From an uncultured bacterium (GTDB taxonomy: Bacteria > Babelota > Babeliae > Babelales > Vermiphilaceae), in the NCBI GenBank assembly GCA_963713925.1, contig OY970212.1:800001-864000 (forward strand): a DNA stretch of 64,000 nt, in the 5' to 3' direction. Below, piece after piece: positions 50,125 to 60,178 of the stretch; positions within the stretch are counted from its first letter, which is position 1, and every line of letters starts with the position of its first letter. The translations under genes and the position numbers were made by a program. A model generated the notes under the pieces. It was not told where the DNA came from and did not search any database. It was given only the letters and a program-made list of their open reading frames with translations.

Positions 50125-52191
50125 ATGTTACACAAATTTGTGAAATCAATGAGCCTCGCTGCTCTTGCGAGCGCGTGTACATTCGTCGGAGTTGTCTCCG
50201 CACGAGTGGTACAACGGTCACAAACCGTTGACGCAGCACGTAACTTGGCAGGATGGACCAACCAAATCAATTTATTTGATATGGGCGGATTATATGGCAG
50301 CTTTGCAATAACCCCTGAATATACTCGTTCGTTCCGTGGTGAACGTCTTGCTGAAGATGTGTTACCAACCAATGGACCTTTGGGCTTCTGCGGACTCACC
50401 AGTCCTTTCACAAGCCCAGTTTGCTTTACCGGATGTAACACAGGCTGCAACACCAACAGTTGCAACTCAAACTGCGACAACAACTGTGAATCATTCTTAG
50501 TGCAAGGTAGCACCGTTGCAAGCCGTGCGCCAAATTCACTTCTTGCCGACTATGCTGGTCTTCCAACTGACTACAGCTCAACAGTAAGAATTTGCCCACG
50601 CATCCAAAACTTCTTAGTTGATTTCAACTTATTCCTCGGCCTTGATGAATGGCTTTGTGGCATGTGGTTCCGCGTTCACGCACCAGTTGTGTACGCAAAA
50701 TGGAATTTGAACTACAATGAAACAGCTGCTGCAGGAACCTTCACTGGGGCATACCCAGCTGGTTACTTTGCTCCTGCCGCAGTCCCAGTCAGCCAATTGA
50801 ACACATCATTCGGTTCATATCTTGCTGGCGCAGTGCCAAACTTATCTGTTCCAACATCACCAGCGACAACTGCCGCAACCTTCCAAGCATTGAGCAACAG
50901 CAGACTCTGCGGATTTAACGGACTCTCCTCATCAACCTGCAATGACAGCTGCTCAAACAGCCGTCATACAACTCGCCTTTCAGACATTGAGTTCGCTCTT
51001 GGCTGGAATTTCTGGCAGGATGAAGATTACCATGTTGGTCTTGGCTTAGTTATTCGTGCTCCTACAGGAAATCGTATCAATGATACATTCTTGTTTGAAC
51101 CAATCGTTGGTAACGGACACCATTGGGAACTTGGTGGCTTGTTCACATCACACTACACCTTCTGGAGAAGCTGCGACTACGATCAAAGCTTCGGCCTCTA
51201 TGTTGATGCATGGATCACCCACTTGTTCAAAACAACCCAATGCCGCTCATTCGACTTGTGCTGCTCCCGTGGTTTGAACAACCGTTATATGTTAGCTGAA
51301 CAATTCACAACAAATAATGCAACAGCATTGACAGGAACACCAGTTGGCGGTGTTGCAACTCTTGCAACAGCAGTGTTCTCAGGTGCATATGCTCCCGTTG
51401 CAAACCTCACCTTCCAAAACGTGAAAGTAAGCGTCCCAGTACAAGCGGACGTGGTTGCAATGTTTAACTACACCAACTGCGGATTCACTTGGGATCTTGG
51501 TTACAACTTCTGGGGCACAAGCTGCGAGAAGATTGAAACCTGCGGAACCAATGTGTTGACCGGCAAAAACTGGGCTCTCAAAGGTGATGCTGAAACCTAC
51601 GGCTTCTCATCGATAGCCCCAGCGCTTTCAACACCTCTCAGCGCAACGGAAACTGGCTCATGCACAGCTCCTAAAGCAACGATTTGCTCAGGAACCAATC
51701 ATGGTAGCCTCTTGAATGCGGGAATTGATAATCCTGCTGTTGCTACTGCTACATTAGGAGGAGTGGTTGGTATTCCTCTTGCTAACGGAGCGGGCACTGA
51801 CGGTATCGAAACCTCAATTCAACCAGTATTCTTAACAGATGCTGACATTGATTTCTGCAGCAACCGTAGCAAGGGCTTGACCCACAAAATCTTCACCCAC
51901 TTTGCATGGACATGGGAAGATTGCGACTGCTACGTTCCATTCTTAGGAATTGGTGGATTTGCTGAATTTGCACAAAAGAGCAACCGTTGCGATAACGACT
52001 GTGGAACAAACTTCTGCAACACTAACTCATGCAATACTAACTTCTGCAATACAAATTCATGCAATACCAACTCGTGCAGCACAAACTCATGCAACACCGG
52101 CTCATGCGGTGAAAACAATAACAACTCATGCCGCAATGGTGCATTCTCGCAATGGGGTATTTGGCTTAAAGGCGGAGTGTCTTTTAACTAA
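50125..52191 (+). CDS. Cys-rich exported putative outer-membrane protein, paralogue 2
   Basis: Same motifs; CNTNS/CNTNF repeats; AGGAG RBS. Confidence 0.85.
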   Translation: MLHKFVKSMSLAALASACTFVGVVSARVVQRSQTVDAARNLAGWTNQINLFDMGGLYGSFAITPEYTRSFRGERLAEDVLPTNGPLGFCGLTSPFTSPVCFTGCNTGCNTNSCNSNCDNNCESFLVQGSTVASRAPNSLLADYAGLPTDYSSTVRICPRIQNFLVDFNLFLGLDEWLCGMWFRVHAPVVYAKWNLNYNETAAAGTFTGAYPAGYFAPAAVPVSQLNTSFGSYLAGAVPNLSVPTSPATTAATFQALSNSRLCGFNGLSSSTCNDSCSNSRHTTRLSDIEFALGWNFWQDEDYHVGLGLVIRAPTGNRINDTFLFEPIVGNGHHWELGGLFTSHYTFWRSCDYDQSFGLYVDAWITHLFKTTQCRSFDLCCSRGLNNRYMLAEQFTTNNATALTGTPVGGVATLATAVFSGAYAPVANLTFQNVKVSVPVQADVVAMFNYTNCGFTWDLGYNFWGTSCEKIETCGTNVLTGKNWALKGDAETYGFSSIAPALSTPLSATETGSCTAPKATICSGTNHGSLLNAGIDNPAVATATLGGVVGIPLANGAGTDGIETSIQPVFLTDADIDFCSNRSKGLTHKIFTHFAWTWEDCDCYVPFLGIGGFAEFAQKSNRCDNDCGTNFCNTNSCNTNFCNTNSCNTNSCSTNSCNTGSCGENNNNSCRNGAFSQWGIWLKGGVSFN

Positions 52192-52217
52192 TCCTCTTTT
52201 TGCGTAAAAACACGAAT

Positions 52218-52259
52218 AAAAAAAGCGTGGCTCTGATTTCTCAGAGTCACGCTTTTTTT
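52218..52259 (+). terminator. Terminator after paralogue 2
   Basis: AAAAAAAGCGTGGCTCTGA...TCAGAGTCACGCTTTTTTT. Confidence 0.85.
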
Positions 52260-52266
52260 AAAATGC

Positions 52267-52296
52267 TGGACAAATCAATTTTGAGTCCTATAGACT
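52267..52296 (+). promoter_or_regulatory. Putative promoter of paralogue 3 (TGGACA-N18-TAGACT)
   Basis: Conserved with 49986-50015, including the following CCATCAATA. Confidence 0.55.
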
Positions 52297-52401
52297 AGCC
52301 ATCAATAATGAAGTGATCATGAATGATTGTTCGAGTATGACATTGTGTAACTTGAATAATCATTCGGATATAATCCAATACACAAAAAAAGGAGTGTATG
52401 T

Positions 52402-54351
52402 ATGTTACACAAGTTTGTGAAAGCAATGAGCCTTGCAGCTCTCTGCGCTTGCTTGTTCAACACCAATGCGCACGTTGTTCAGCGTTCGCAAACGGTTGAT
52501 GCCGCACGTAATTTAGTCGGCTGGGAACATGAAATTAACCGCTTTGATGTTGGTGATTCTTATGGTGCTTTTGCCATTACTCCGGAATACACTCAATCAT
52601 TCAACCGTAAAAAAATAGGCCGGGGTATCTTTGGTTCAGCATTCATTTCAAATGATTGCTCAAAAAAGTGTGAATCTGAGTGTGGGACCGTTTCTATACA
52701 GGGTTCAACTGTTCCAAACCGCTCAAGCACTGCTTTACTTGCTGATTACTTTGGCTTGGCTCCTGATTTTGATGGCACGGTTACTGTATGCCCAAAAATT
52801 CAAAACTTCCTTATTGATTTCAACCTCTTTTTAGGGCTTGATAACTGGCTTTGTGGTGCTTGGTTCCGCGTGCAAGCTCCCTTAGTATATGCAAAATGGA
52901 AACTTGATTTCTGCGAAGCGGGAATAGGAACCGATGGATATCCGGCAGGCTATTTTGGGCCGACAGCAGTTGCTAACTCATCGCTCAATCAGTCTTTCTC
53001 CTCATATTTACAAGGCGGAGTACCCAATCTTGGCAGTGTAGTCACCTTTAACCCATTAACAAACAGTAGACTTTGCAGATCTAATTCAAACGGAAACAAT
53101 GGTTCATGTGGAACGAACGGCTCATGTGGCACTTCATGTTTTAATAAAAATGGTGATTGCAAAGATACCTTCCGTCTTTCAGACATTGAATTCGCTCTTG
53201 GCTGGAACTTCTGGCAAGATGAAGATTATCATGTCGGTCTTGGCGTAGTACTTCGTGCTCCGACCGGAAATCGTATTAACGAAACATTCTTGTTCCAACC
53301 AATTGTTGGTAACGGACATCATTGGGAACTTGGTGGCTTGCTTACCACACACTGGACATTCTGGAATGGATGTGATGGTAATCAAAGCTTAGGTATTTAT
53401 GTTGACGCATGGATCACTCACTTATTTAAAGCGAGCCAATGTCGTAGTTTTGACCTCTGCTGCAGAGGGCCATTAAGCCGCTACATGCTTGCAGAAGAAA
53501 TGACCACGAATGTTGTTGATAGCCTTGCCGGAGGAGCAACGACCACTACGCTCACTTCTTCAACCTATCAATTCAATAATATTCTCTCACCAATTGCAAA
53601 CTTCACCTTCCAAAAAGTTGATGTGAGCATTCCGGTGCAAGCAGACGTTGTAGCACTATTGAATTACACTCACTGCGACTTCTCATGGGATATCGGATAC
53701 AACTTCTGGGGCACTTCATGCGAAAAAATCTGCCCATGCAAAAATGTATTTAACAATAACTTAGTTGCACTTAAAGGCGATGCTTCCGTGTATGGATTTG
53801 AACCTGTTGCGGGATCTCCTGCTACCTTTTTCCCTGTTCCATTGGGAGCAACGGAAACAGGCGATTGCTCTGCTCCGCAAGCTACCATCTTTGCCGGAAC
53901 GAACAATGGCAGTGTGGTAAATGCGGGAATTGAGAATGCACAATTGGCCTGGTCGGGTGTTACTGAATTACTGAACACTCCATCATTAGTCACAGGTCTA
54001 CAAACTCACACCTCTATCCAGCCCCAACTGCTTACCAACAACGATGTTGATTATGCCGGTGCTCGTCGCAAGGGCTTAACCCACAAAGTATTTACCAACT
54101 TTAGCTACAGCTGGGAAGATTGTGAATGCTATGTTCCATTCTTGGGAATCGGCGGATTTGCTGAATTTGCGCAAGGTGGAAATGGTTGCTGTGATAATGA
54201 TTGTGAATCATCATGCAATCCATGCATTGTAACATCCCCAAGCTGTGTTCCTGCCTGCAGCAGAAATAATACCTGCGATTTGGGCATTGCTTGCTCAAAC
54301 GGAGCATTCTCACAATGGGGTATCTGGCTTAAGGGTGGATTTGCATTCTAA
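52402..54351 (+). CDS. Cys-rich exported putative outer-membrane protein, paralogue 3
   Basis: Same motifs; ends QWGIWLKGGFAF. Confidence 0.85.
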   Translation: MLHKFVKAMSLAALCACLFNTNAHVVQRSQTVDAARNLVGWEHEINRFDVGDSYGAFAITPEYTQSFNRKKIGRGIFGSAFISNDCSKKCESECGTVSIQGSTVPNRSSTALLADYFGLAPDFDGTVTVCPKIQNFLIDFNLFLGLDNWLCGAWFRVQAPLVYAKWKLDFCEAGIGTDGYPAGYFGPTAVANSSLNQSFSSYLQGGVPNLGSVVTFNPLTNSRLCRSNSNGNNGSCGTNGSCGTSCFNKNGDCKDTFRLSDIEFALGWNFWQDEDYHVGLGVVLRAPTGNRINETFLFQPIVGNGHHWELGGLLTTHWTFWNGCDGNQSLGIYVDAWITHLFKASQCRSFDLCCRGPLSRYMLAEEMTTNVVDSLAGGATTTTLTSSTYQFNNILSPIANFTFQKVDVSIPVQADVVALLNYTHCDFSWDIGYNFWGTSCEKICPCKNVFNNNLVALKGDASVYGFEPVAGSPATFFPVPLGATETGDCSAPQATIFAGTNNGSVVNAGIENAQLAWSGVTELLNTPSLVTGLQTHTSIQPQLLTNNDVDYAGARRKGLTHKVFTNFSYSWEDCECYVPFLGIGGFAEFAQGGNGCCDNDCESSCNPCIVTSPSCVPACSRNNTCDLGIACSNGAFSQWGIWLKGGFAF

Positions 54352-54402
54352 AATAAAGACTTGCAGTCGTTATTTTAGAAAAAATTCGAACTTAACAAAA
54401 TC

Positions 54403-54440
54403 AAAAGGGACTCGAAGAAATTCGAGTCCCTTCTTTTTTT
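54403..54440 (+). terminator. Terminator after paralogue 3
   Basis: AAGGGACTCGAA-GAAA-TTCGAGTCCCTT-CTTTTTT. Confidence 0.85.
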
Positions 54441-54541
54441 AAACTCTTGTGCATTATTTAATACTCTAGCTACAGTTATGCAAAGATAGTATGAACATAC
54501 CCCACATTACACATGGGGGCCCCATATGAAAGGAAATAGCC

Positions 54542-56578
54542 ATGATGCAGCTTGCATACCGCACCTTTAAAAAACTTGTTCTTGTCGGTGCTTTTTGCAT
54601 GACGAGCATAAGTTTTGCTCACATTTTAATGCGTTCACAAAGTGTCGATTCCGCACGTGAGCTTGCTGGTTGGGCACATAAGGTGAATCTTTTTGCCGCT
54701 GATGCATGCGACTGGTATGGCACCTTTGCCGTCACTGCAGAATACGCACAATCATTCAACTCAAAGAAAATCGCGCGCTGTCTTTTTGGGGATAGTTTAA
54801 TAAACAGCTCATGCAGCAATGATTTTTCTTGTGCGCAAGTGAATGTTTCAGGAAGCCGCGTTGCCAACAGAGGAAACAAAGATCTGCTGGCCGATTATTT
54901 CGGATTACCTACCGACTTTCAAAGCGCATTCTCAATCAAACCGACGGTACGAAGCTTTATTGTTGATTTTGATTTTTACTTTGGGCTCGACCGCTGGATG
55001 TCCGGCTCATGGTTCAGAATTCATGCGCCAATCGTATACACTGATTGGAAATTGAATTTACATGAATCAGTCTTGAATGAAGGCGTCAACCCTTATGTTG
55101 AAGGCTATTTCTCACCTGTTGCAGTTGCGCGAGGTAATTTAAACACAAGCTTCTCCAGTTATTTAGCGGGAGCAGCTCCAACATTAACGGGCAATGGAAC
55201 ATTTGATCCAATATTTCTACCACTCGAGCACATGCGTGTTCCGGAAGGCACCGTAACAAACGGACTCAACCATGTTCCTGGGTCGTGTAATGGAAAAGGT
55301 TTACATACAACGAAACTTTCCGATATCCAAGCCGTGCTTGGCTGGAACTTTTGGCAAAATGAAGATTATCATGTTGGAGTAGGGGCTCGCATTTCCATTC
55401 CAACCGGCACACAAATTAAGGATTTTTTCCTTTTCCAGCCAATCGTGGGTAACGGACACCATTTTGAAGCTGGTGGTATGTTCACCTCACACTACACATT
55501 CTGGCGCAGCTGCGATGAAGATAGAAGCATGGGTATCTATGTTGACGCGAACATAACACATCTTTTTGACACAAAACAATGTCGTTCATTTGATCTTTGC
55601 GGACATGGCGACAACAGCCGTTATATGTTGGCAATGCAATTAAACTCTCCGTATCGAGACGCCAATGGTGCCTTTGCCGGATATGCGCTCACCGGAAATC
55701 CTGAAGGAGCGACACCTCCTGCATATATTGCTCCGGCTACTGGTTACACCCGGGCTCAAGCCGCATTTGACGGCATCTTTGCGCCCGTTGCAAATATTGC
55801 CTTCGGCGCTGTGAATGTCAATATTCCGGTGCAGGCAGATGTAACGGTGATGTTTAATTATAAGCAATGTGGCTTTGAATTTGATCTTGGTTACAACCTC
55901 TGGGCGACAACCTGCGAACAAATAAACTTCATCGACAATTGCCCGATCATCTGTCCACAAACATGGGCTCTCAAAGGCGATGCGCATGTGTATGGATTTG
56001 ATGTTTCAGCTTCTCCGGTGGTTGCGGGTGCCGTTCCATTATCAGCAACAGAAAGCGAAGCAACTATTTTCTCGGGTACCAATTATGTTGCCGGAAACAC
56101 CATTGCTCAAGCACAGACCAATATCGGCATCGATCATCCCCAATTTGCCTATGGAGACAGCACCAATATCAACAGTACTTTAATCCCAGGACGCGCCCTG
56201 TTTGCCACAAGCGCAAACCCACAACCAGCAATCTTGGCACAGACAAACACCTCAATCCAACCGATATTTCTTTCCGACTGCGATCTTGACATTGCCGGCG
56301 CACGAGCACGTGGACTTACCAACAAAATTTTCACCCATATAAGCTATACATGGGAAGATTGTTGTCTATCACCCTATTTTGGGATTGGTGGAAAAGCTGA
56401 GTTTGCGCAAAACAATGCAAACAAGTGTGGAAATGGCTGCAACGTCGTTTCAAATGAATCAATCTGCGATCAAGTGAACACCTGTTTTGCTGGATGTAAT
56501 GATGATTGTGGCGCATCCTGTGCGCGATGCAATCTCTCGGAATGGGGTATTTGGTTAAAGGGAGGAATTTCTTTTTAA
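54542..56578 (+). CDS. Cys-rich exported putative outer-membrane protein, paralogue 4
   Basis: Same motifs; ends EWGIWLKGGISF. Confidence 0.85.
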   Translation: MMQLAYRTFKKLVLVGAFCMTSISFAHILMRSQSVDSARELAGWAHKVNLFAADACDWYGTFAVTAEYAQSFNSKKIARCLFGDSLINSSCSNDFSCAQVNVSGSRVANRGNKDLLADYFGLPTDFQSAFSIKPTVRSFIVDFDFYFGLDRWMSGSWFRIHAPIVYTDWKLNLHESVLNEGVNPYVEGYFSPVAVARGNLNTSFSSYLAGAAPTLTGNGTFDPIFLPLEHMRVPEGTVTNGLNHVPGSCNGKGLHTTKLSDIQAVLGWNFWQNEDYHVGVGARISIPTGTQIKDFFLFQPIVGNGHHFEAGGMFTSHYTFWRSCDEDRSMGIYVDANITHLFDTKQCRSFDLCGHGDNSRYMLAMQLNSPYRDANGAFAGYALTGNPEGATPPAYIAPATGYTRAQAAFDGIFAPVANIAFGAVNVNIPVQADVTVMFNYKQCGFEFDLGYNLWATTCEQINFIDNCPIICPQTWALKGDAHVYGFDVSASPVVAGAVPLSATESEATIFSGTNYVAGNTIAQAQTNIGIDHPQFAYGDSTNINSTLIPGRALFATSANPQPAILAQTNTSIQPIFLSDCDLDIAGARARGLTNKIFTHISYTWEDCCLSPYFGIGGKAEFAQNNANKCGNGCNVVSNESICDQVNTCFAGCNDDCGASCARCNLSEWGIWLKGGISF

Positions 56579-56617
56579 ATCGCAATGCGATTTAAAAGAT
56601 ATAATCGGAATTTTATT

Positions 56618-56648
56618 AAGAGGGCTTGCATTGCGAGCCCTCTCTTTT
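56618..56648. terminator. Terminator between paralogue 4 and the convergent gene
   Basis: AGAGGGCTTGCA-TTGCGAGCCCTCT-CTTTT. Confidence 0.75.
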
Positions 56649-57516
56649 AATTCAGTGCGTATGTCTCTAACGATCCTTGCAGCCAGAGCAATCCGCCCAC
56701 TTGCTTGCCCGGAACGAGTTTTATTTTGAGGTTCGTTGAAGCGATAAATGTATCGATGCTGAATTCAGGAGTAAGTGAAATCGTTACGATGAACCCTGCT
56801 ATCGGACCAAGCTTATATTCGTGAACATCCAAAATTTTTCCGATAAAGTTAATCTCATCCGGTTCATCTGCAGGGAAATATCCACAAAAATCTTTGCCAA
56901 ATGATGGCCGCATCTTTTTACCGCCCAAATCAATTTCAGGGGATTGTACTTTGGCATTTATTTCTTCCGCATCAAAATCTTGCAAGGTGTATGCAAAGCC
57001 AACAATGTTGACGAAAATGTTTTCCTCTTTCTTATATCTTTTTTTGTTTTGGGCATAATCGGTTGCAAAAAAGCTCAGTGCGCAACCGCTCTCATGAACA
57101 ACATTCACCACAGCTTCTTTTTTATCCGTGTGTGACCATTGCGTAATAAGCTTTGTTTTCATTTTTTCTACCGAATCATTCTTCCAATAGGGAAATGCCG
57201 GAACAACCTTTTTGCCCGATATAATGGCACGTATAAAAGATCCCTCAACCAAGAATGTGTGATAATCGACTTGTATTTGTTTGCCTGCTTTTAAGTCTTC
57301 ATTTATAAGAGCAGTTCTTTCTTTTTGTGGCATCTCCCGTGAAAACACAACAAGCCAATGTTTCATGTGTGAGCCTTTGTCTGTGCTGACTCTTTTAACT
57401 CTACTTGATGGAAACCAGCCGCGTTCTTCATAAAATTTATAAAATCCGTATAAAACGGCACAGATGACAACCGGCCCAAAAAGAAGGTCTTTAAAATCCT
57501 CAAAACTCACGCTCAC
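56647..57516 (-). CDS. Hypothetical membrane-anchored protein
   Basis: AGGAG RBS, GTG start, N-terminal TM, C-terminal GLLWLQG. Confidence 0.7.
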   Translation of the reverse strand: MSVSFEDFKDLLFGPVVICAVLYGFYKFYEERGWFPSSRVKRVSTDKGSHMKHWLVVFSREMPQKERTALINEDLKAGKQIQVDYHTFLVEGSFIRAIISGKKVVPAFPYWKNDSVEKMKTKLITQWSHTDKKEAVVNVVHESGCALSFFATDYAQNKKRYKKEENIFVNIVGFAYTLQDFDAEEINAKVQSPEIDLGGKKMRPSFGKDFCGYFPADEPDEINFIGKILDVHEYKLGPIAGFIVTISLTPEFSIDTFIASTNLKIKLVPGKQVGGLLWLQGSLETYALN

Positions 57517-57603
57517 TCCTTACAAATACATGATCTGTTACATAAAAGTGATGACAGATTACCATGATGTGCTTGTAAGTCGAGGATTTTGATTATTTCG
57601 CGA

Positions 57604-58008
57604 TTAGCCTAAGGCATCCGCCATCGTTATCGTAAATGTACCTGTATCATCTTGTACGATTGTTACGTATCTCGGTCTTTTTTCACAAACAATCTTCCAT
57701 TGCTTCAACAAGTCGACCAATTGCCCGATAGAGCATTCCATTCCTCCATCATATGGATCATCCATATGCTTACGCCCCATTATTATCCGATTTCCCAGCT
57801 TCTCAAGAATCGTGTAATTGCTCCGCATGGTATGAATTTCGGGATTGAGAAGACTCGAAATGGCATTATCAGGAGATAACCCCCAATCATCATTCAGAAA
57901 AAAATAGACTAAATTCAATCCAGCGTCTCCTGAATCCTTAGAATCGTAGCCTAATACTGATTGTTTTAAATATAAAATTTTCATTGCAAATTCCCGACTC
58001 AAATCCAT
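57604..58008 (-). CDS. Small hypothetical protein (immunity-like size and composition)
   Basis: Clean ORF; start may be 57984. Confidence 0.6.
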   Translation of the reverse strand: MDLSREFAMKILYLKQSVLGYDSKDSGDAGLNLVYFFLNDDWGLSPDNAISSLLNPEIHTMRSNYTILEKLGNRIIMGRKHMDDPYDGGMECSIGQLVDLLKQWKIVCEKRPRYVTIVQDDTGTFTITMADALG

Positions 58009-58184
58009 TAAAAAAAAGAATTGTCGAGATAAAGATGAGTCGCATGCTTTCTCCTTGTATGTATTTATTGCCCAAAATATAACTCGGTTTGAATGAAATG
58101 TCTTTTTCTTGAAACACCGAAATTGAAGTTGTTAGAGTAAACATCGTGCGATCTTAAAATCGCTTTTTTCAGTGAGGGTAAGTT

Positions 58185-60122
58185 ATGATGATGAAAAAAA
58201 TAAAAATAAGCCTTTTTCTTATAAGTTCTTGCATGTTCACGCAGGCATATAGCTCATTGGCCCATCGCTCTCAGACGGTTGATCTCGCGCGTTATATGGT
58301 TGGCTGGGCAAATCAGGTCTATCTTCCTGATGCCGACTATTTTAATTTCAGCTTCGCCGTTATCCCGCAATTTCGACAAACCGTTAGTGAACATCGCGTC
58401 GCGCGCACCCTATTTGGAGACGATTGTCTTACACAGCAGTGCTGTCCGACAATCACGATTTCCGGAAGCACTGTTTCCGGACGTAATGCAACCGATTGGC
58501 TCGCTGATTATTTTGGACTTCCAACCGATTATCAAAGTACGGTAAAGTTTAAGCCGAACATCGATGAATTTATTTTTGATATGTCACTTTATATCGGACT
58601 CGATAGAATTTTATCCGGATTATTTGTGCGCTTACAATCGCCGCTCGTTGCACAACGAACGAAGTTGCATGCTTCTGAAACTATTATAAATTCGGGCGCT
58701 CTACGCTCCAACACGAGCCCAAGCTTATGCCCGCAGTATCCCGCCGGATATTTTGCTCCCGAAGCCGTCGATTGCTTCTACTTAAATAAAACATTCACGC
58801 GATATATTGGCCTTCATCAAGCACCACTGCTCTCGCTTGACGGAGTTCCCGTGTTTGAACCACTCGTCTACGGCAAATGGGGGGTTCCTTGCTTTGAAAA
58901 ACTTGAACGAACTGATTTTAGTGATTTAGAAATCATTCCCGGATGGAATTTTTTACTCTCCGATCATTATCATTTAGGCCTCGGCGCAGTAATTCGAGCA
59001 CCAATTGGCAATAGTTTGACGGGAGAATTCTTGTTTGAAAATGTTGTCGGAAACGGAAGACACTGGGAACTAGGAGGGTTGCTGACAGGTTCATGGAGAT
59101 TCTGGAACGATGACGAACGTGAACGCACCGTTATGTTGTGGGTCGAAGCAACCATCACTCATCTATTTGCTGCGCATCAATGTCGCGTATTTGGTCTCAA
59201 GAATCACGGTTGTTCAAGCCAATACATGCTCGCTCAGCTCATGGAACCAACCACTAATGAATTTTTATTTGCCAACGGTTCAAACACGCCGGGCGGTCCC
59301 ACGATTGCAACCGTACAACCAAATTTTCAAACCGGTGGGCTATTTACCGCCGTTGCTAATTTAACTCGCACGAAAGTGTGCGTTCGCAATGATTTGCAAG
59401 CAGATGTTGCAGCAATGATGTCATTCATCCAAGGCGGCTTTGAATTTGATTGGGGATACGAATTTTGGTGTAAAACGAAAGAAAAATTGTGCGTACAATC
59501 ACAAGCATTTACCACGAAGCAGTGGGCATTAAAAGGTGATGCATTTGTGTATGGATTTGGCGCAACTGATGCAGTGACTGGCGCCAATGCAATTATTCCG
59601 CTTTCGGCAACACAAAGCACTGCCACGATTCACGCAGGCAACAACCGACCAATCGGCGCACCGGTCATCACCTCTGGAACAAACAACCAACAAACAAATC
59701 CGGGCATTGACAATCCGGAATTTGGAGTCACCTCAACAATCATTGCTAACACAACTGATCGCATTGTTTATCAACCGGGGCTCACTGCAACCGATCTCAA
59801 CCAACAAAGAACTTCTTTACAACCCGTTCTTTTGAGCAACGATGATGTTGATTACAGTGGCATTCCGGGAGTTTGCTCGCACAAAGTGTTCGCCAATATT
59901 AGTTATGCACTTGATATGGAATGTGTGCAACCCTATGTTGGCATCGGCGGGTATTATGAATTTGGGCGCAATTTAAAAGAAAAATCAAAAGAAGCCTGTT
60001 TGGAATGTTGCTCACCGGTACTTACCTGTTCGCCGAATATTTTTCAAAACGAGCGCACAAATAAACGCGTAGATGCACTGTCGGCATGGAGCTTGTGGTT
60101 GAAGGCTGGAATTTCATATTAA
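58185..60122 (+). CDS. Cys-rich exported putative outer-membrane protein, paralogue 5 (most divergent)
   Basis: HRSQTVD, LADYFGLP, GNGRHWELGG, WALKGDA; ends AWSLWLKAGISY. Confidence 0.85.
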   Translation: MMMKKIKISLFLISSCMFTQAYSSLAHRSQTVDLARYMVGWANQVYLPDADYFNFSFAVIPQFRQTVSEHRVARTLFGDDCLTQQCCPTITISGSTVSGRNATDWLADYFGLPTDYQSTVKFKPNIDEFIFDMSLYIGLDRILSGLFVRLQSPLVAQRTKLHASETIINSGALRSNTSPSLCPQYPAGYFAPEAVDCFYLNKTFTRYIGLHQAPLLSLDGVPVFEPLVYGKWGVPCFEKLERTDFSDLEIIPGWNFLLSDHYHLGLGAVIRAPIGNSLTGEFLFENVVGNGRHWELGGLLTGSWRFWNDDERERTVMLWVEATITHLFAAHQCRVFGLKNHGCSSQYMLAQLMEPTTNEFLFANGSNTPGGPTIATVQPNFQTGGLFTAVANLTRTKVCVRNDLQADVAAMMSFIQGGFEFDWGYEFWCKTKEKLCVQSQAFTTKQWALKGDAFVYGFGATDAVTGANAIIPLSATQSTATIHAGNNRPIGAPVITSGTNNQQTNPGIDNPEFGVTSTIIANTTDRIVYQPGLTATDLNQQRTSLQPVLLSNDDVDYSGIPGVCSHKVFANISYALDMECVQPYVGIGGYYEFGRNLKEKSKEACLECCSPVLTCSPNIFQNERTNKRVDALSAWSLWLKAGISY

Positions 60123-60178
60123 GTTTTGCGAGCGAAAATGTGGAAGACTATTTTTGAGTAGTAAATAAAGGGCTACAA

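Noticed and set aside
52281..52299. HAIR-like TTGAGT-N7-ACTAG before paralogue 3
   Set aside because: Not conserved in the homologous promoter of paralogue 2; likely chance overlap with the -10 box
47679..60122. Diversity-generating retroelement acting on the AAC-rich paralogues
   Set aside because: No reverse transcriptase in the window; differences between copies are not confined to adenines; no non-coding template repeat was seen
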